A DNA stretch of 64,000 nucleotides, from positions 4,092,001 to 4,156,000 of the forward strand of contig CM060733.1 of assembly GCA_030704615.1 (NCBI GenBank). The letters run 5' to 3'. Origin of the DNA: Takakia lepidozioides (taxonomy: Eukaryota; Plantae; Bryophyta). The translations under genes were made by a program, and so were the position numbers. Below, piece after piece: positions 27,999-40,821 of this stretch (the stretch's first letter is position 1; each line of letters begins with the position of its first letter). The notes under the pieces are model-generated. The model worked only from the letters and a program-made list of their open reading frames with translations. It searched no databases and was not told the origin of the DNA.

Positions 27999-28043
27999 CA
28001 AACTGACGAGGAAATTGTACCAAGATGGGGAAAGAAGGTTGCA

Positions 28044-28132
28044 GGATGTGATATTGGCGCGGCTCAATCTGATGGCTTCGCCACGCTCTGGCGTTGTCAT
28101 CTGATTGAGCACCACCAACATCACATGCCTAG
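28044..28132 (-). ncRNA. MIR171: MIR171 precursor hairpin (mature sequence 28047-28067)
   Basis: Minus strand reads gatgttggtggtgctcaatcagatg...catcagaTTGAGCCGCGCCAATATCACA; the two arms pair and the 3' arm matches the miR171 family sequence. Confidence 0.9.
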
Positions 28133-31100
28133 TAGATCCCACCCACTTGCTGCAGTCCGACGCTGTCCACCACCGATCGTTACAGACAGCCTGCAGACGG
28201 TCCTGCAACTGAGTATGGGATTTCACTATCTTCGAAGGTCTTCCCTTCCTCCTCTTCCAGCACTGTCCAGTTCAGTCCATAGCAGGGGTCCTTTGCTGGA
28301 CGAAGGAATCATGCTGGGCTGGGCGGGAGTTGATGAGCAGATAGCGCCGCAGACAGAACACCTACATTTGTGCGACGGAGATGGCGCCCTCCCTTCCTCT
28401 TCCTGCCTTCTCTCCGGGCCCACAAAACATTCATGATCTGCAATTTGAGCAAAGCATGTCTTCAATACACACATAAATGTACTCTCGTCCACAAAGTACC
28501 AACTAAACTTAAACCGACTCTTGTTCCAAGAACCTTAGATCAACGAATATTCAACTGAGGATCAAAACTCAACGGCTCTAATGAGACCCTTAGAGACAGT
28601 GAGATGATGCATTTCTAGTTAATGCGCCTGCTCGATGATTTCTTTTCATTGCAATAGACCAGTTGGTTTGCTGTAAACTTGCAGCACTAAGTTTAGGTAG
28701 CTTCGAAAACCCTAACTCTCAACAAAATTCTTTGCACCCTTGTCCAAAGTAGATTGACCTACACTAACACTTCCGCGTAATAACTCCCCCAGGGAGATCC
28801 TGTAACGGGAATAGCTTCGGGTACACCAATTATGATCTTGACAGCCCAGTGACCAATTTGATATCTGAATCTTAGGCTAAGCTCAAGCTGCCAAGGTGAC
28901 TAAGTATACCTTCGCACACAAATTCTAGAAGATTACATCAGCTGGCAAATAGATGTTGTTTACCCAGTTCTCTCAGTCGTGCTGTTTCTGTTATACTGTC
29001 TTTTAAGGGATTCATATATCAGTGTTGCCTTTTACTCGAGCCCAGTTGATGACCAGTGCCACTCCACAGAGTAAACAATCTCAAAAGTTTGTTGAACATT
29101 ATCGGCAGTCCAAGCTAGACTCAGTTGGAGATCGAATAGGTAAATTTCAAGTTTCTGCTGTCTAAGTGTTGGGGAAAATCTCTGTTCATTGGAAGAATTC
29201 CGAAGTCGACTTTGTGGCTTGTGCATACCAGATGAGTGAATCCAGTGAAATGTGGCTGTCAAATTACTGCGACTTCAACTATTTTGTTGTAAACTGTAAA
29301 CTTAGGTGAGCATAAATTTCAATTCATTCTGTAGTCAGTGCTCCCTAGTTTGTATGTCCAAAGTTTAGCATAATACGTATTCACAACAGTGCAAGCCTTT
29401 GTACATAGCTTGCAGAAGCAAAAACATTGAATTAGTCAAGGACGTAGGTACTAATCCAAGCTTGTCGCCCGAGAGTGCGGTGGCAGGGCAAGAGCCATGA
29501 TTCATGTGATATGTCCTCACTGCAGCGAGGGATTCGCAATCATTACTGGAGCTGTGATACAACGTCACTACCTTTGCCAGTCGGCAACTACGGTACCTAC
29601 ATACATCTACTATGTCTGCCTGCTGCGCCTCATCTCTTGTAAGGTAATCAAAGCGGGCCACATGAATGAAGAGTTAGAACCCAACATCTTTTCATGTTCA
29701 AACTTCAAAGTTCAAACAAAGAATCGTACAAAGTCTAGGTATATATGATCCGGTATCAAACTCATCAAAATGCACCTGACAAACATTTGAACTGTGGAGT
29801 CCGGATGTCTTAGATGTACTGTACAAAGACCTGCACATATGGAAACATTTGAACACGACCCACAGACTTTCCAACATTCCCATGTTCATTGCCAGTTTTC
29901 CCCACCGCTCTTCGGATCCTGCAAAATTTTTATTGAATGAACAACATCCCAACCACAGCCTGCAGCACAGCAGGTAAGTAGGTCATCAAACTATTGTACT
30001 TGCATGAATGGTTCATCTATTTGTGTCAAAGACTGCTGGTAGCGAGGAACTTGGACGGCAAGCTGCAGTCACAGGCAGCTGCTGATGAGCGTACTCGCGC
30101 ATGCGACGCAGCAGAGCATTGAAGCGCCCCCATACCTCTGCGTGTGCCTGCCACCCTCCCTACACTGCACTGCAGCCTTGCATCGCCTTTACTACCCCCG
30201 GTTAGTTACTCTCCTCACAACTAACTACCCTGTATCCTTCACTAATACTTGTACATCTACTAACTACCACCCTACTTCACAAACATCTAAAGTCGCCTAT
30301 ATATTACTACTAACACGGCTGGTCATTTAACCCATTTCACATATGATGCAGTTAAGCCTTTTCTGTAGCTATTCTTATGTTTTCTGCTCTCTCAAATATT
30401 ACAAAGACACGTGTTAATTGGTAATAGGTATGCACTATAATTAAAAAAAAAGTTATGTAGGTGTAATTAATGCTCGAAATCATTAATCAGCTTAGATTTC
30501 GTCTTATTCTCTCTTTATACTTGTCTTAAAGTCTTAAACTCATTATGTGTTATTCTTTGTGTGTCAGACCTTTTTACATACATGAATGCAAGTTTAAGAA
30601 ACTCTAAACTCTAAACCTTCTTTGTTATTATACCTAGTGTGATTACATCCTAAGTGTTTTCTTAAGAAAATAAAGACAACGCCCCGGGAGGGACCGCTCA
30701 CAAACCAGACCCCTTCATTTATATAGTGAGAGGAGAAAGTAAGAAAGTAACCTCTTTCTCATGAAAGAGACATTTATACCACACTCTATAGGGTATCAGG
30801 ATTCGAGCCCACAGTCACCTGGGTGTTACTAAGGGGATTATGTATCTAATTGCGTATCGTCTTATTACTTCATTTGTTACGCTCAACTCGTACAACTTAT
30901 CATAGTTGATTTAACTATAGTAAGTTGCTGACAGATTTATAGAGATATTAGTCGGTATCGTGGGCAAACATTATGGGATAAATGTTGGGGACATTAGTTT
31001 TGATACGCCAAATTATATACCCAATCCGGGAGGCGCATTTAAGGAGCGAATCCTCAGGTGTGATCTTGCGTAATAAGTGCATGTACATCGCCCCATTCTC

Positions 31101-33322
31101 CATAAAGCGCTCTACCCAGAGAGCGTGCCATGCATGCTCGAATTTCACGAATTTCTATTTTTCTAATCTCCACGTCAGACCAACCCCTAGCAATGCGATT
31201 GTGCGGCATCGTCGCCACATGTACGGCTCCTAGGCCCGGATAACACGGGTGGGCCAGCCGGACCCCTGTTAAAAGGGTTGGCGTGGCAGCGGCTGAGATC
31301 ACGGGATGTCGTTCCAACTAACGCAAAGTCGTGGGTACGTTGTGAATCCCACGCGTACGCACCATCAACTAATAAGAGCTGCATTATCCCATAACGATTG
31401 CGCGTAAATGGCAAGTTGAGGTTCATAAATAGGGGCACAATAAACCCCAGAATGTTGTTGGTCCATATCGAATTTTTGATTTGTTTCTTAATATAACCGC
31501 TGAGATAATAGTATCCACATCGGGTTAGTAGAATTGATAGAGCCTGGCATAATCGACTGAGAGTAAATTACTGATCATTCCTGCATCTCATAATTAGTCA
31601 AAGTGTCTCGATTAGTGAAAGTAAGCATGTTTAGGTTTGATTAGGCAGTCATTAAGACAAGCACCAAGTATAATGGCGTTTAGTGAATTAGGTGTGACTA
31701 TGCTCTCTTCCATGTATAGCTGCGAAACTAGTGATGGTAATCACTAATAATAAGGAAGGTAGCTGGGGTTGCGGCTCCTGCTAGTCTTGTGAGGATGCAT
31801 AGCTCTGCAGGAGCTTCCTGTGTAAATTTGGTTTCTATTTGCCTTTTCAGTGTGGATGCAGGTTGATGGGCTGAAACATGCAAAACCCGCATGTTTTCGT
31901 GGGCTTTACGAATTGGAGTGTACTCGCATGGTACTGGAGATGGTAGTCGCAAGTTGAAACTGACTTGAAAGGTGATGTTTGTTGCAGTACAGCGTTAGTT
32001 TCCTCCTCCACCTTGTGAGCTGCACTAGTACATCGCTTGACTATTTCCGTCATCTTTTCGAAGTTCTCGGGTTCATGTTTTCCTTCTAACAGAAGGGCTT
32101 CACGTGGGCTTCAACTGCTTCCGTTTCTGATGCCTGGAAAACGGGTCCACTGTAGATTCGGACTCCAATTCATAACCGTCTTTGTGTTCATTCGAGTCGC
32201 AGACTTCAAGAGTGTAAATAAACTCTTATTCAGTTGGTGACTCCAAACATAAGCTTGACTCATACAAGACAAGGTTTTCATTGAGTTTTCCTATGCCAAC
32301 AGAGATTTGGCCAACAGTCAGACAGCAGGGTTTAGCTAATCCCAAGGGAAGTCCAGCTACTCTTAGTAATTGCTTGATTGCAGAGTACAACCCAGATTAA
32401 TGTTTACTGAATTAGCTGGACTGATTGCTAAAACTTTCTGTATGTACTGACAATAAACTGTAAGCCGTCATAATCTGAACACTTGGAGAATGTAGCCACA
32501 CAGTACTACTGCCTCGAGAACTAGGTAACATCTTCATTTGGTTGTCATTCATTTAATAGCATTGAAAGCTCTTAAAGTGTGTGTAAGGTGAGCTTTAAAG
32601 CGACTCACCTGGAGGAGAAGCGAGCTTGAGAGGCAAAACAGGATTTGACGATTAGGGTTTCGAAAGTTTGCAGCCGCCAGCCGCCAGCCTGATTAGGATT
32701 ACCTAATAATCTCTATGTTTGAAAGATTATACAACCCACACTGATTGGAATGAAACGGAATCATCCGAAGACGGAAACCAGCTTGTTGGAAATCACGTTC
32801 CCGGATTGAGTTTCATTGGGTCCCATGGCGCCTTTCGGTCTTGGGTCCCATGGATGGATTTGAGATCTTACAGCACACCTAAAATATATCTGTAGTTGGG
32901 AATGTTTAAGGACTTTTATAAACAAATGTTAATTCAAGAGTATATTGAAGACGCGCTATGCCTCCAATTCCAAATCATGAATGTCTTGCCGCTGTGGGCC
33001 CGGCTCACGGAAGGAAGGAGCGAAGGAAGAAGGAGAGAAGGTAGGCAAGAATGGCGTTGTGCTTTGCGCTGGTGGTGGGACTAATGCTCCTCGTGTTGCT
33101 ATGTGCCAGCTTCTCTTCATCCCTGCATGCTCGCTACATCCAGGAATAGACTGCTATTTATCCGAGGGTATGCTCCGTGACCTGGTCTTGCAGCGCACTG
33201 GTGAAGATCAGGAGGAAGACGAAGATCGTCGGGGACAGTCAAAATCATGCTCAGTTACAGGACCAGGACGTGGTTCAAACGATGGGTGGAAGGATTCGGA
33301 CGCCGGAAGCAGGTGGAAGCTC

Positions 33323-33411
33323 CTAGGCATGTGATGTTGGTGGTGCTCAATCAGATGACAACGCCAGAGCGTGGCGAAGCCATCAGATTGAGCCGCGCCA
33401 ATATCACATCC
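33323..33411 (+). ncRNA. MIR171: MIR171 precursor hairpin (mature sequence 33388-33408)
   Basis: TTGAGCCGCGCCAATATCACA on the 3' arm of a fold-back; exact reverse complement of 28044-28132. Confidence 0.9.
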
Positions 33412-36400
33412 TTCTTTCTTTCCTAGCATCTCTGAAAATTTGTACGTATCAATTTGAGTCTTCTCTCTCTCGCTCTCAATACGTCTGTCATGTATTTCGA
33501 AAGTAGATGTTATTGTTCAGAATGGAGCTTGTTGGCACATGAGAACATTAGATCATGGGCCCAGAGTAACAAACAAAAGTCTAAGAAGGAAAGAAAGGGG
33601 GCTACTGTAGAAACACAGGAGGTAAGGGATGTTCAGTTTATAAACAGTAGCATGTGGAAATAAAAGGAGATTACAGACATTGCACAAGTTCATCTCAGCA
33701 ATAACAGGGTGTCTTTGAAGTGACTCCACCCCTGGTATTGGAGCGCCAGCATTCAATACCCGTGGCAATCGGTCCAGTGCATATGGCCACGGCAGAACTG
33801 GAAATGTTTTTGGCCTGAAGAACGTGCGAGTCCAGGAGACGATTGATACCACCCGCACCGCTATTGGGAAGATCGTGAGCTCTATCTGCAAATGTATTCA
33901 TGATCATGGAGCACCGAAGTCCATGGTCTCGGTGCAACCCTACTGACCTGCCTTTGATGGCGAGGTTTAGTAAGGCTAAGCTGCGAACACGTGATTGTTT
34001 CTGCGTGCAATGGGTTGTGGGAGGAATTCCAGACGCATCGAGCTCAGTGGGTCGAGAACGGAACTATGCTATCAGCCACTGATTTGGGCTGTCCCAGTGA
34101 TCCGATCGAAGTACTCTCATGGTGTATTTCCGGAAGTAGATACTGCTGGGTTGGTGTTCAGCCCAGGTACTGAAATCTTAAACCCTGCTGTTGAACCATA
34201 TACTCGTGGGCCAGGACGCGAATTCCTCGGCTCTGGGGTTTTTGTCAAGCAGCTGTGCTCTAAAACCCAAAGTTCTGGCAGAAGGGTGGAAGGGTTAGTC
34301 TGCCCAATGATTCAACTCTCAAGTAAGCAACCACCTTGACTCAAATTGATATTGCTGGGGGGTTGTTAATATTTCACTCTCTTGGACCAACTCATCTTCA
34401 CACACCTACCATGTAGATTGTTGCCCAGTGCATTTAAAACCTGTAACTGCATGAAAATAAATGCCAAAGGAGTCCTCATTGCAGTCTCCTCAACGTAAGT
34501 TTCCAGTCGTCCATCAAATTTTAGGCTATCGTTTGCAAGCTTTGAGATGCCAGGGCCTTCACAAATTGGAGTCTTATTTTTCTTTTGGTGTGCAGTCCAA
34601 AGTGGTGCTGCTTTCACCTGTCAATAGTACACCTTCAACCCCTGTCAAAAATCGCACAAATCTCAACCTAGAATCATCCCGAAAATTCGATTTCGCTGCA
34701 CAACCAAATTCTTTCCCCATCCCTTCCTCTCTCGCTAATGAGATATCTAATCATGCAAGTTGTTCTCTGGTCCACAGGTATGAGCTTGATCACCCAAGAG
34801 ATTGACCATGTGAGCTTCTTCCGCAGCAACTACCAAGTCATACAGGTCTGTTCAATCTTGCTTGGGGGTCACTCTCGACAACCAAAAGAGGGTGGGGCCG
34901 TCGGTGTAATAGATCGCTCTCCAGTGAGATGTCAAAGTTCCACGTTGGCTAGAAGTTTCGAGCTCTAGTTTCAGGGTCTACGTGGGGGCCACGTTACACT
35001 AAGGACAAGTTTGAACCGACACTTTTGGCAATCTGTCACTTGATTTGATTCAAATGACTTTACAGTCGAACCCCACGTCAGTGACGCTTTGGCTATCCCC
35101 TTATCTTCCTCTTCTCACACGTTCCATATGCCTCTTTTGGTAATTCTGATCAGCCTATATCAGAACGCCATTTAATTGCGGCAAATGATTCCAACCATCA
35201 GTCTCGTGTGAACTCCTCCAATCCAAAGCTGTGTGAGCTTCAGCCCTCCAATGATTAGACTCAGGACTGAGATTCTTTGTGGATGATGGTGACAAGCTGA
35301 AAAAAGAAAGCCTTGACAATCGGAGAGGATCCAGCTTTTCGTGCTAGTAGTAGAAAATGATTTCTCTCAAGCATCTTATCTCTTTGCAGTTTACTTGACG
35401 AGTGTCACTTCACAGTAGGTGTAGCCGCAGCTGTCCAAGTGTAAAGTAGGCCTTGTTGTCCAGCCTTGATACCCAACCATGCATGTTCTCCACGGACCTT
35501 CAACAGCGAGTATTGTAATCGCCTGCAAATGTTAATTTGGGGTGGCCAAAAGTTCGTTATCATCAGCAGTATAATCCATGAAAAGCTTCACGGATACTTC
35601 GATTCCTGCAGATGTGCTCAGTCTTCAAAGTTCAAAGTCCTCCTCCCCTCTTAATTAGTTAATTTGCATGATCTCTGTGAGATCATACAAATTTTAACTT
35701 CAGATTCTCAGCCGCATTCTCTCTCACAAAATTCCAGGGCAAACACCATGTCTAGATGGAATCCATCCATTTCAGGTGAATCTGGTCGGCGTAGACATCC
35801 GCAAGTAAGGCACTGTTCTACTGTATCATCCAGAGTTTAGTGAAGTTGGAACAAAATTTCAGCTATGGGCATGTGTATGATTCAAGAGACCATGTTAAAG
35901 TGCTGGGCGCACATGACTTCCACCCCGCATATTACCTAGAAACGGTTGTTGTGAAGTCCCCCAGGAAGACTGGCCAGCTACTCCACGAGTAGATTGTGCC
36001 AGTTGGGCTAGTTGGAATGACCATACAAGGGTCAATGGTCTGAAAGCAATAATTCATCTGTGTACAGTGTTCTACTGCTTGCTGATTAGTATAAGTTTGT
36101 AGAGTTCCATGTTTACTGTGGCGATTTTCATCCTGATACTTTGTTGTGAACCAGAGAGTAAAGGAATCATCATCAAGAACAATCCCAGAATTTGGGAATA
36201 GTTTACAGTTCACTTGTTATGACTGTCTGGAGAATTTACTTTGAAAGATTACAGAATTTACAGCTCGACATCACATCAGACTAGAGCAATAATACTCTTT
36301 GATCTGTCCTAGCTCGCATCAAGTTAAGACAAGCATCAAGTTAAGACAAGTATCGGAGTGAAGCCTTTACTGTCAGCCTGGCCAATTGTATATATGTATC

Positions 36401-36615
36401 TTCCTTTAAATCACAGTCTGCCACCCTCTAATTGTCTTGTGTCTTTGGAAGAGATTTCATTTTACAATCTAAATCTGGATTCATTACAGAAAATTAATGT
36501 TTCTACTTCTCAATAACCTAACCCCTAAAACAAGTGCAATTCACATGACCTATTTCTTCATTACAGGCACTGAAGCTTTGGCCAGTATTCATAGCGTGAA
36601 AGGCAGCTGAACAGG

Positions 36616-38200
36616 GAAATGAAATGATACTTTATATTGTCAGCAGAAAGCTCAAAGGGCTTATGGGACAAGAGAAAGCAGGAAAGAAGAATGAGAGTGG
36701 GGGGCACACAAACAACGACAATTGATGAAGTGATTGTCAATGTGACAACTTACGCAGATACACTGCCACGCTTCTGATCCTCGTAGTGGAATACCTCTGT
36801 AAGGGATTGGCTATCTCGGGGTAGCAATAGTATCGCCCCCAGATCTCATATCAGAAAGCACTGGGAAAGAAGAAATGTTCTTCACTTTCAATTTCCCTCC
36901 TGTCAGCTCTAGCACAAGCAAGCACAAAAGTTCAGCACGCTGCAGGTTGTCCCACCTACTAGTCTCCATCCACAAACTATGGGAGCCCACCCTGAACCTT
37001 CTCGGTGCCCTTAGAAGAGCAATGAAATGAAATGGTACTTTATAACATCCGCAGAAAGCTCAAAGAGCAAGAAACAAGAAAGAAATGAAATGGTACTTTA
37101 TAACAGCCGCGGAAAGCTCACAGAGCTTATGGGACAAGAGAAAGCAAGAAACAAGAAAGAGAGGGGCCCTCCACAAGCAGCCCAAAAGCAACTATTGTTC
37201 ATGGGATTGTCTTAGAGTCAACGCTTCATGCAGGTATGCTGCCAAGCATTTCTGATCCTCACAATGGAAGACCTCTGTGAGAGATTGGGCATTACAGAAT
37301 AGACAGTTGAATCTTCAGCGGATGGGCAGTGAAAGAAGAGATGTACTTCACTGTCAATTTCCCTGTTGTTCCAAGCGCAAGCGGGGCATAGGCTGTCCTC
37401 ATGTTGCAGGTTGTCCCACCTACCAGTCTCTATACGAGACTGTGGGAACCCACCCTGAACCTCCCCAATGCCCTTAGAAGAGAGGGAGATAGAGCTGTGG
37501 ACAGGTAATTGGGCCGCAAGATTCTGCCTTCAAGGAGGACCAATAATGTCTCCTGATAGAACTACAGTTTTGTTGTAAGGTTGGCTGGTTTCCGTGTCCG
37601 CCTGACATGAAGTTCCATAGTTTCTCATTTGATGCATCTATTGCAGTCCTGTTTCGACGCAATTTCCACCCCCTCTGTATTTTGTGGCAGTAGGCGATCA
37701 CCGAGAAAAAAGGCGGATACCCCGCCATACCAGGACGGCTTGAAATAAGTGGTTCTGAGTATGATGGATGTTGTGAGGGCCCCGGGACTGTCAGCCCTTT
37801 GGGTGGAAGGGCTTGTGACCTTGAAAGAGAGATTGTAAGCCGGAATATGGCCTCTGTTAGAGTACGCATACAAATTCCGTCCATAAAATTTTCCTATGAT
37901 TTTGTACCTCTACCTCCAAGCATTCCCTAGAGGAAAAGCGAATGCAACAGTTCCAAAAAATTTCCCCCCCAAGAAACTGGGAGACCAGGTCACAGCCATA
38001 CGTGGCTGCAGGGGTGACGACCTAGTCGAAGAGCCACTTCTTGGCGGGGGGATGGCGCAAGTGTATTTGTTTACATTTAGCCTGAAGGCTTATGGAGACC
38101 GCCTTGCCCTTCATCAATCCTGTCTACAGTCTATAGAGGATAACCAGACCAAGGTACGGTATGATTTCACCACAAAAGTAAGAATAATGAGAGAACGTCA
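36616..38200 (-). mobile_element. Tandem 5'-truncated RTE/RTEX-like non-LTR retrotransposon copies (36616-37012, 37021-37072, 37082-38200)
   Basis: Minus strand gives FRVGSHSL..ET.RWDNLQR..C..EIESEEHFFF and LFD.VVTPAATYGC; shared 3' end ttgtcccataagc..gagctttc..ttataaagtaccatttcatttc. Confidence 0.7.
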
Positions 38201-39231
38201 TACATCTAGAGGGTCCTAGAGCTATTCCTCTGTAACATAAACCTTTTGCCAATGGGTACCTTCCCCAGCCCATTGTCAAGTAAAGGAATTTGGACATCTT
38301 TGAAACTTATGTCAAGCATGTAATGTTTGTTTGAGCTGTCATGTTGCAAGGGTGGGAGGGAAGGACTGAGGGTGGGGATCTTTCACTAACACTCCCCCTT
38401 CAGTTTGGAGGGAAGGACATGTACTTATCAAATCCTCGCTGAAGACCGAGATATTCACAGGGCAGTCTGGACAGAGTATAGTCCTAAAGAGACTACAGGG
38501 CGAACATAGAGGTTAATGGGAAATTACTTCCCTGACAGTGACAACTGCATCAGTGGCACTCAGCCAAATACATGCCTAGAGCCCAACTGACTTGAAGGTG
38601 AAAAACTACAATACACAGATGGAGAATGGGAATTAATCCATAACATCTGCTGCGATTCAAGCTTCAGTTCCTGTCAGCATTTGCATGGACACATTTATAA
38701 GAGCTACCTACCTGGATGACCAGTAGTTCCAAAAGTCTTCAAATTACAGCCCTTGCAGAGTCTCTTCATAATTTACAGATTAGAATGTCCAAATGTACTT
38801 TCTAGTTGTTGCCCAGTTCAACTGAAGTTTCTTTGGTAGATATATATGAAGAAGCTACGATGGACCAGTGTTTTCGCGGAAATGCAGAGTACCAGATACA
38901 CAGACATTGACGAAAAGAAGATAACTTGCTTTGTGTCCCAGAAGAAAGAGACTGAAGAAAGGAGGCAGGTATTAATAAGCCCCATCCATACTTGCAAAAC
39001 CGTGGCAAACGTTCATAAAAAATGAGCTACGTCATCTTTTAACTACAGTTCAACAGTGCGCACACATGGTATAATACTTACGCCTACAGATTTCCAGGGC
39101 AATCCCACAACCTTAGAAAGCATCACGCTGATGCCCAGCATTGCTAAGGTAACTCATAGGGCAGGGATTGCACTGACATCACAGGTAGGAAGAAGGCAGA
39201 AACTTAAAGAGAGAGAAAAGTACCATAAGCC

Positions 39232-39738
39232 CTAGTCATCGCCGTAGGCACGAAACCGATAGCGAGCCTCATACTCCCCATCAAACGAGAGATGTGCCAC
39301 AAACCACTTCGGAAAGCGCACGAGATCGCCAGCATAGAAACACGCACTATCTTCACACTCGTCTGGTGTGACCCTCACAAATCCCTTAACGATGTACACC
39401 TGCTCATCCACTTGCCACTCCCATGGAAAAATGCACTTTCCACACTCCCACCTCGACCATCGAGATACTCCTAGCTCTTCTAATCTCCCTTTACTCACAT
39501 TCTTCTCGGTTTGAATACGGAACCTCTCCTCCACTGGCCTCAGTACCCGTGCGATCGGGCCTCTCAAAGCAGGCTTCCGTGCGGGAGTCACGAATTGTGG
39601 GCCTTTCAGAGCAGGAAATGCCTTACTTGTGCACCCAAATTTCCAGTTCTCTGAAACTGAGGATCCTGCAAAAGATGAAGCGGGCAGAGTAGCAGGGAGG
39701 CACTGACTATACATTCTTGCAGACATCTCTCTGCGCAC
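39232..39738 (-). CDS. PTAC18: Plastid transcriptionally active 18-like RmlC cupin (DUF861)
   Basis: Transit-peptide-like N-terminus, then RLEELGVSRWSRW..GKC..PWEWQVDEQVYI...AGDLVRFPKW...RY.FRAYGDD*, matching my recollection of Arabidopsis pTAC18. Start Met uncertain. Confidence 0.85.
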   Translation of the reverse strand: MRREMSARMYSQCLPATLPASSFAGSSVSENWKFGCTSKAFPALKGPQFVTPARKPALRGPIARVLRPVEERFRIQTEKNVSKGRLEELGVSRWSRWECGKCIFPWEWQVDEQVYIVKGFVRVTPDECEDSACFYAGDLVRFPKWFVAHLSFDGEYEARYRFRAYGDD

Positions 39739-39848
39739 AAAAGATCTAGGTCTTTATCCACTGCCACACACAATGCCTTAAAGGCCCAAAATACCCAGAG
39801 TAACAGCGAACTATCTACTGGGTCTTTATGATCTAGAGAGTACAATTC

Positions 39849-39852
<4 letters not shown>

Positions 39853-39900
<48 letters not shown>
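39853..39900. repeat. (GA)n microsatellite between the divergent PTAC18 and RFC1-like genes
   Basis: Run of more than 20 GA units. Confidence 0.9.
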
Positions 39901-39901
<1 letters not shown>

Positions 39902-40821
39902 GGAAGAAGGTTTAAGAGTTTGCTATTAGGGTTTTTGGATGAAATGCGTAGATGTCTCATCTTTGTTCATCAGCTTCAACAGGTATTCTTCATCCGTCAG
40001 ACAATTATTCGTTTATTCGATGAATTTCGTCGTTCTGAAAGTGTAGATTTTTTTCCCGCCTTCTCCCCGTCGTCTCTCTCACGTTTGCTTCTCCTGAGCT
40101 CTTCTTCACCGCACCGTCTCTCTCGTGCAGTTGCAAATGCTAGTCTACGAGTAAGTACCTGGGTTTGTCTTCTCAAAGAGAAAGGGGCACATAGTATTCG
40201 TAGAGGAAACAGTACTTTCAGAAGAAATTATTGTTCGTAGATGACATATTCTTCTGTCGGACAAAAACAGTCTTTGTAGACGAACATGTAATCAGCCCAC
40301 GTGGCATGCTCGATAGCCAGGGTGAAGCTTGCGTAAGCTACTCTCAAATCAGCACACATTGTTGCCCCAGTGTAAATCTGGCCACATTTATGCTCACTGA
40401 CCAGGATGAAGCTCAGCTAAGCTCTTGTCAAAGACAAACCTCCTTTACGGGTAGATTGGAATCCTTTTTCTTATCATATTTATGTTAGATCCCCTCGCTA
40501 CAGATACAATGCTAGTACAGGGAGGGAGCCCGGGTAAGTTTGTTATATCGACGTCAAGTAGTGCAGATTAGTTACATTCATTAATTCTCAGCTTGTCTCG
40601 GTTGGTTTTCCTTCGGGATCCAGTAAGTCCCCCATAGACTATGCGCACTGGTTCTGATTGATCGCAATGTACTTCATGCTGAAAGTTCGGATGATTGTCT
40701 CTTCATATCCTCTTCGTTGTTTTGGACTCAACTCTTATTTTAATAGCGCTTGCCTGGAATTTCCAGCAACTCCTTGAGGAGAATATTCATGTGAGGTGCA
40801 ATATCATCAAAGGGGGTAGGT

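Larger units (their letters stand above)
27950..33480. repeat. Diverged inverted duplication (about 27950-29250 versus about 32250-33480) carrying the two MIR171 loci
   Basis: Reverse-complement similarity beyond the hairpins, e.g. ctgctgtctaagtgttggggaaaatctctgtt (about 29155) versus aacagagatttggccaacagtcagacagcag (about 32300), and gatgttgtttacccagttctc (about 28950) versus gagaactaggtaacatc (about 32515). Confidence 0.7.

Noticed and set aside
27948-28492. ORFs overlapping the inverted duplication (also 32981-33429)
   Set aside because: Reading frames are not conserved between the two arms, and the conservation is explained by the miRNA hairpin.
30060-31750. Spacer between the MIR171 arms as a possible LTR or tRNA-derived SINE (ggattcgagccc B-box-like at about 30800)
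   Set aside because: No TSD, paired termini, A-box or cloverleaf could be established.
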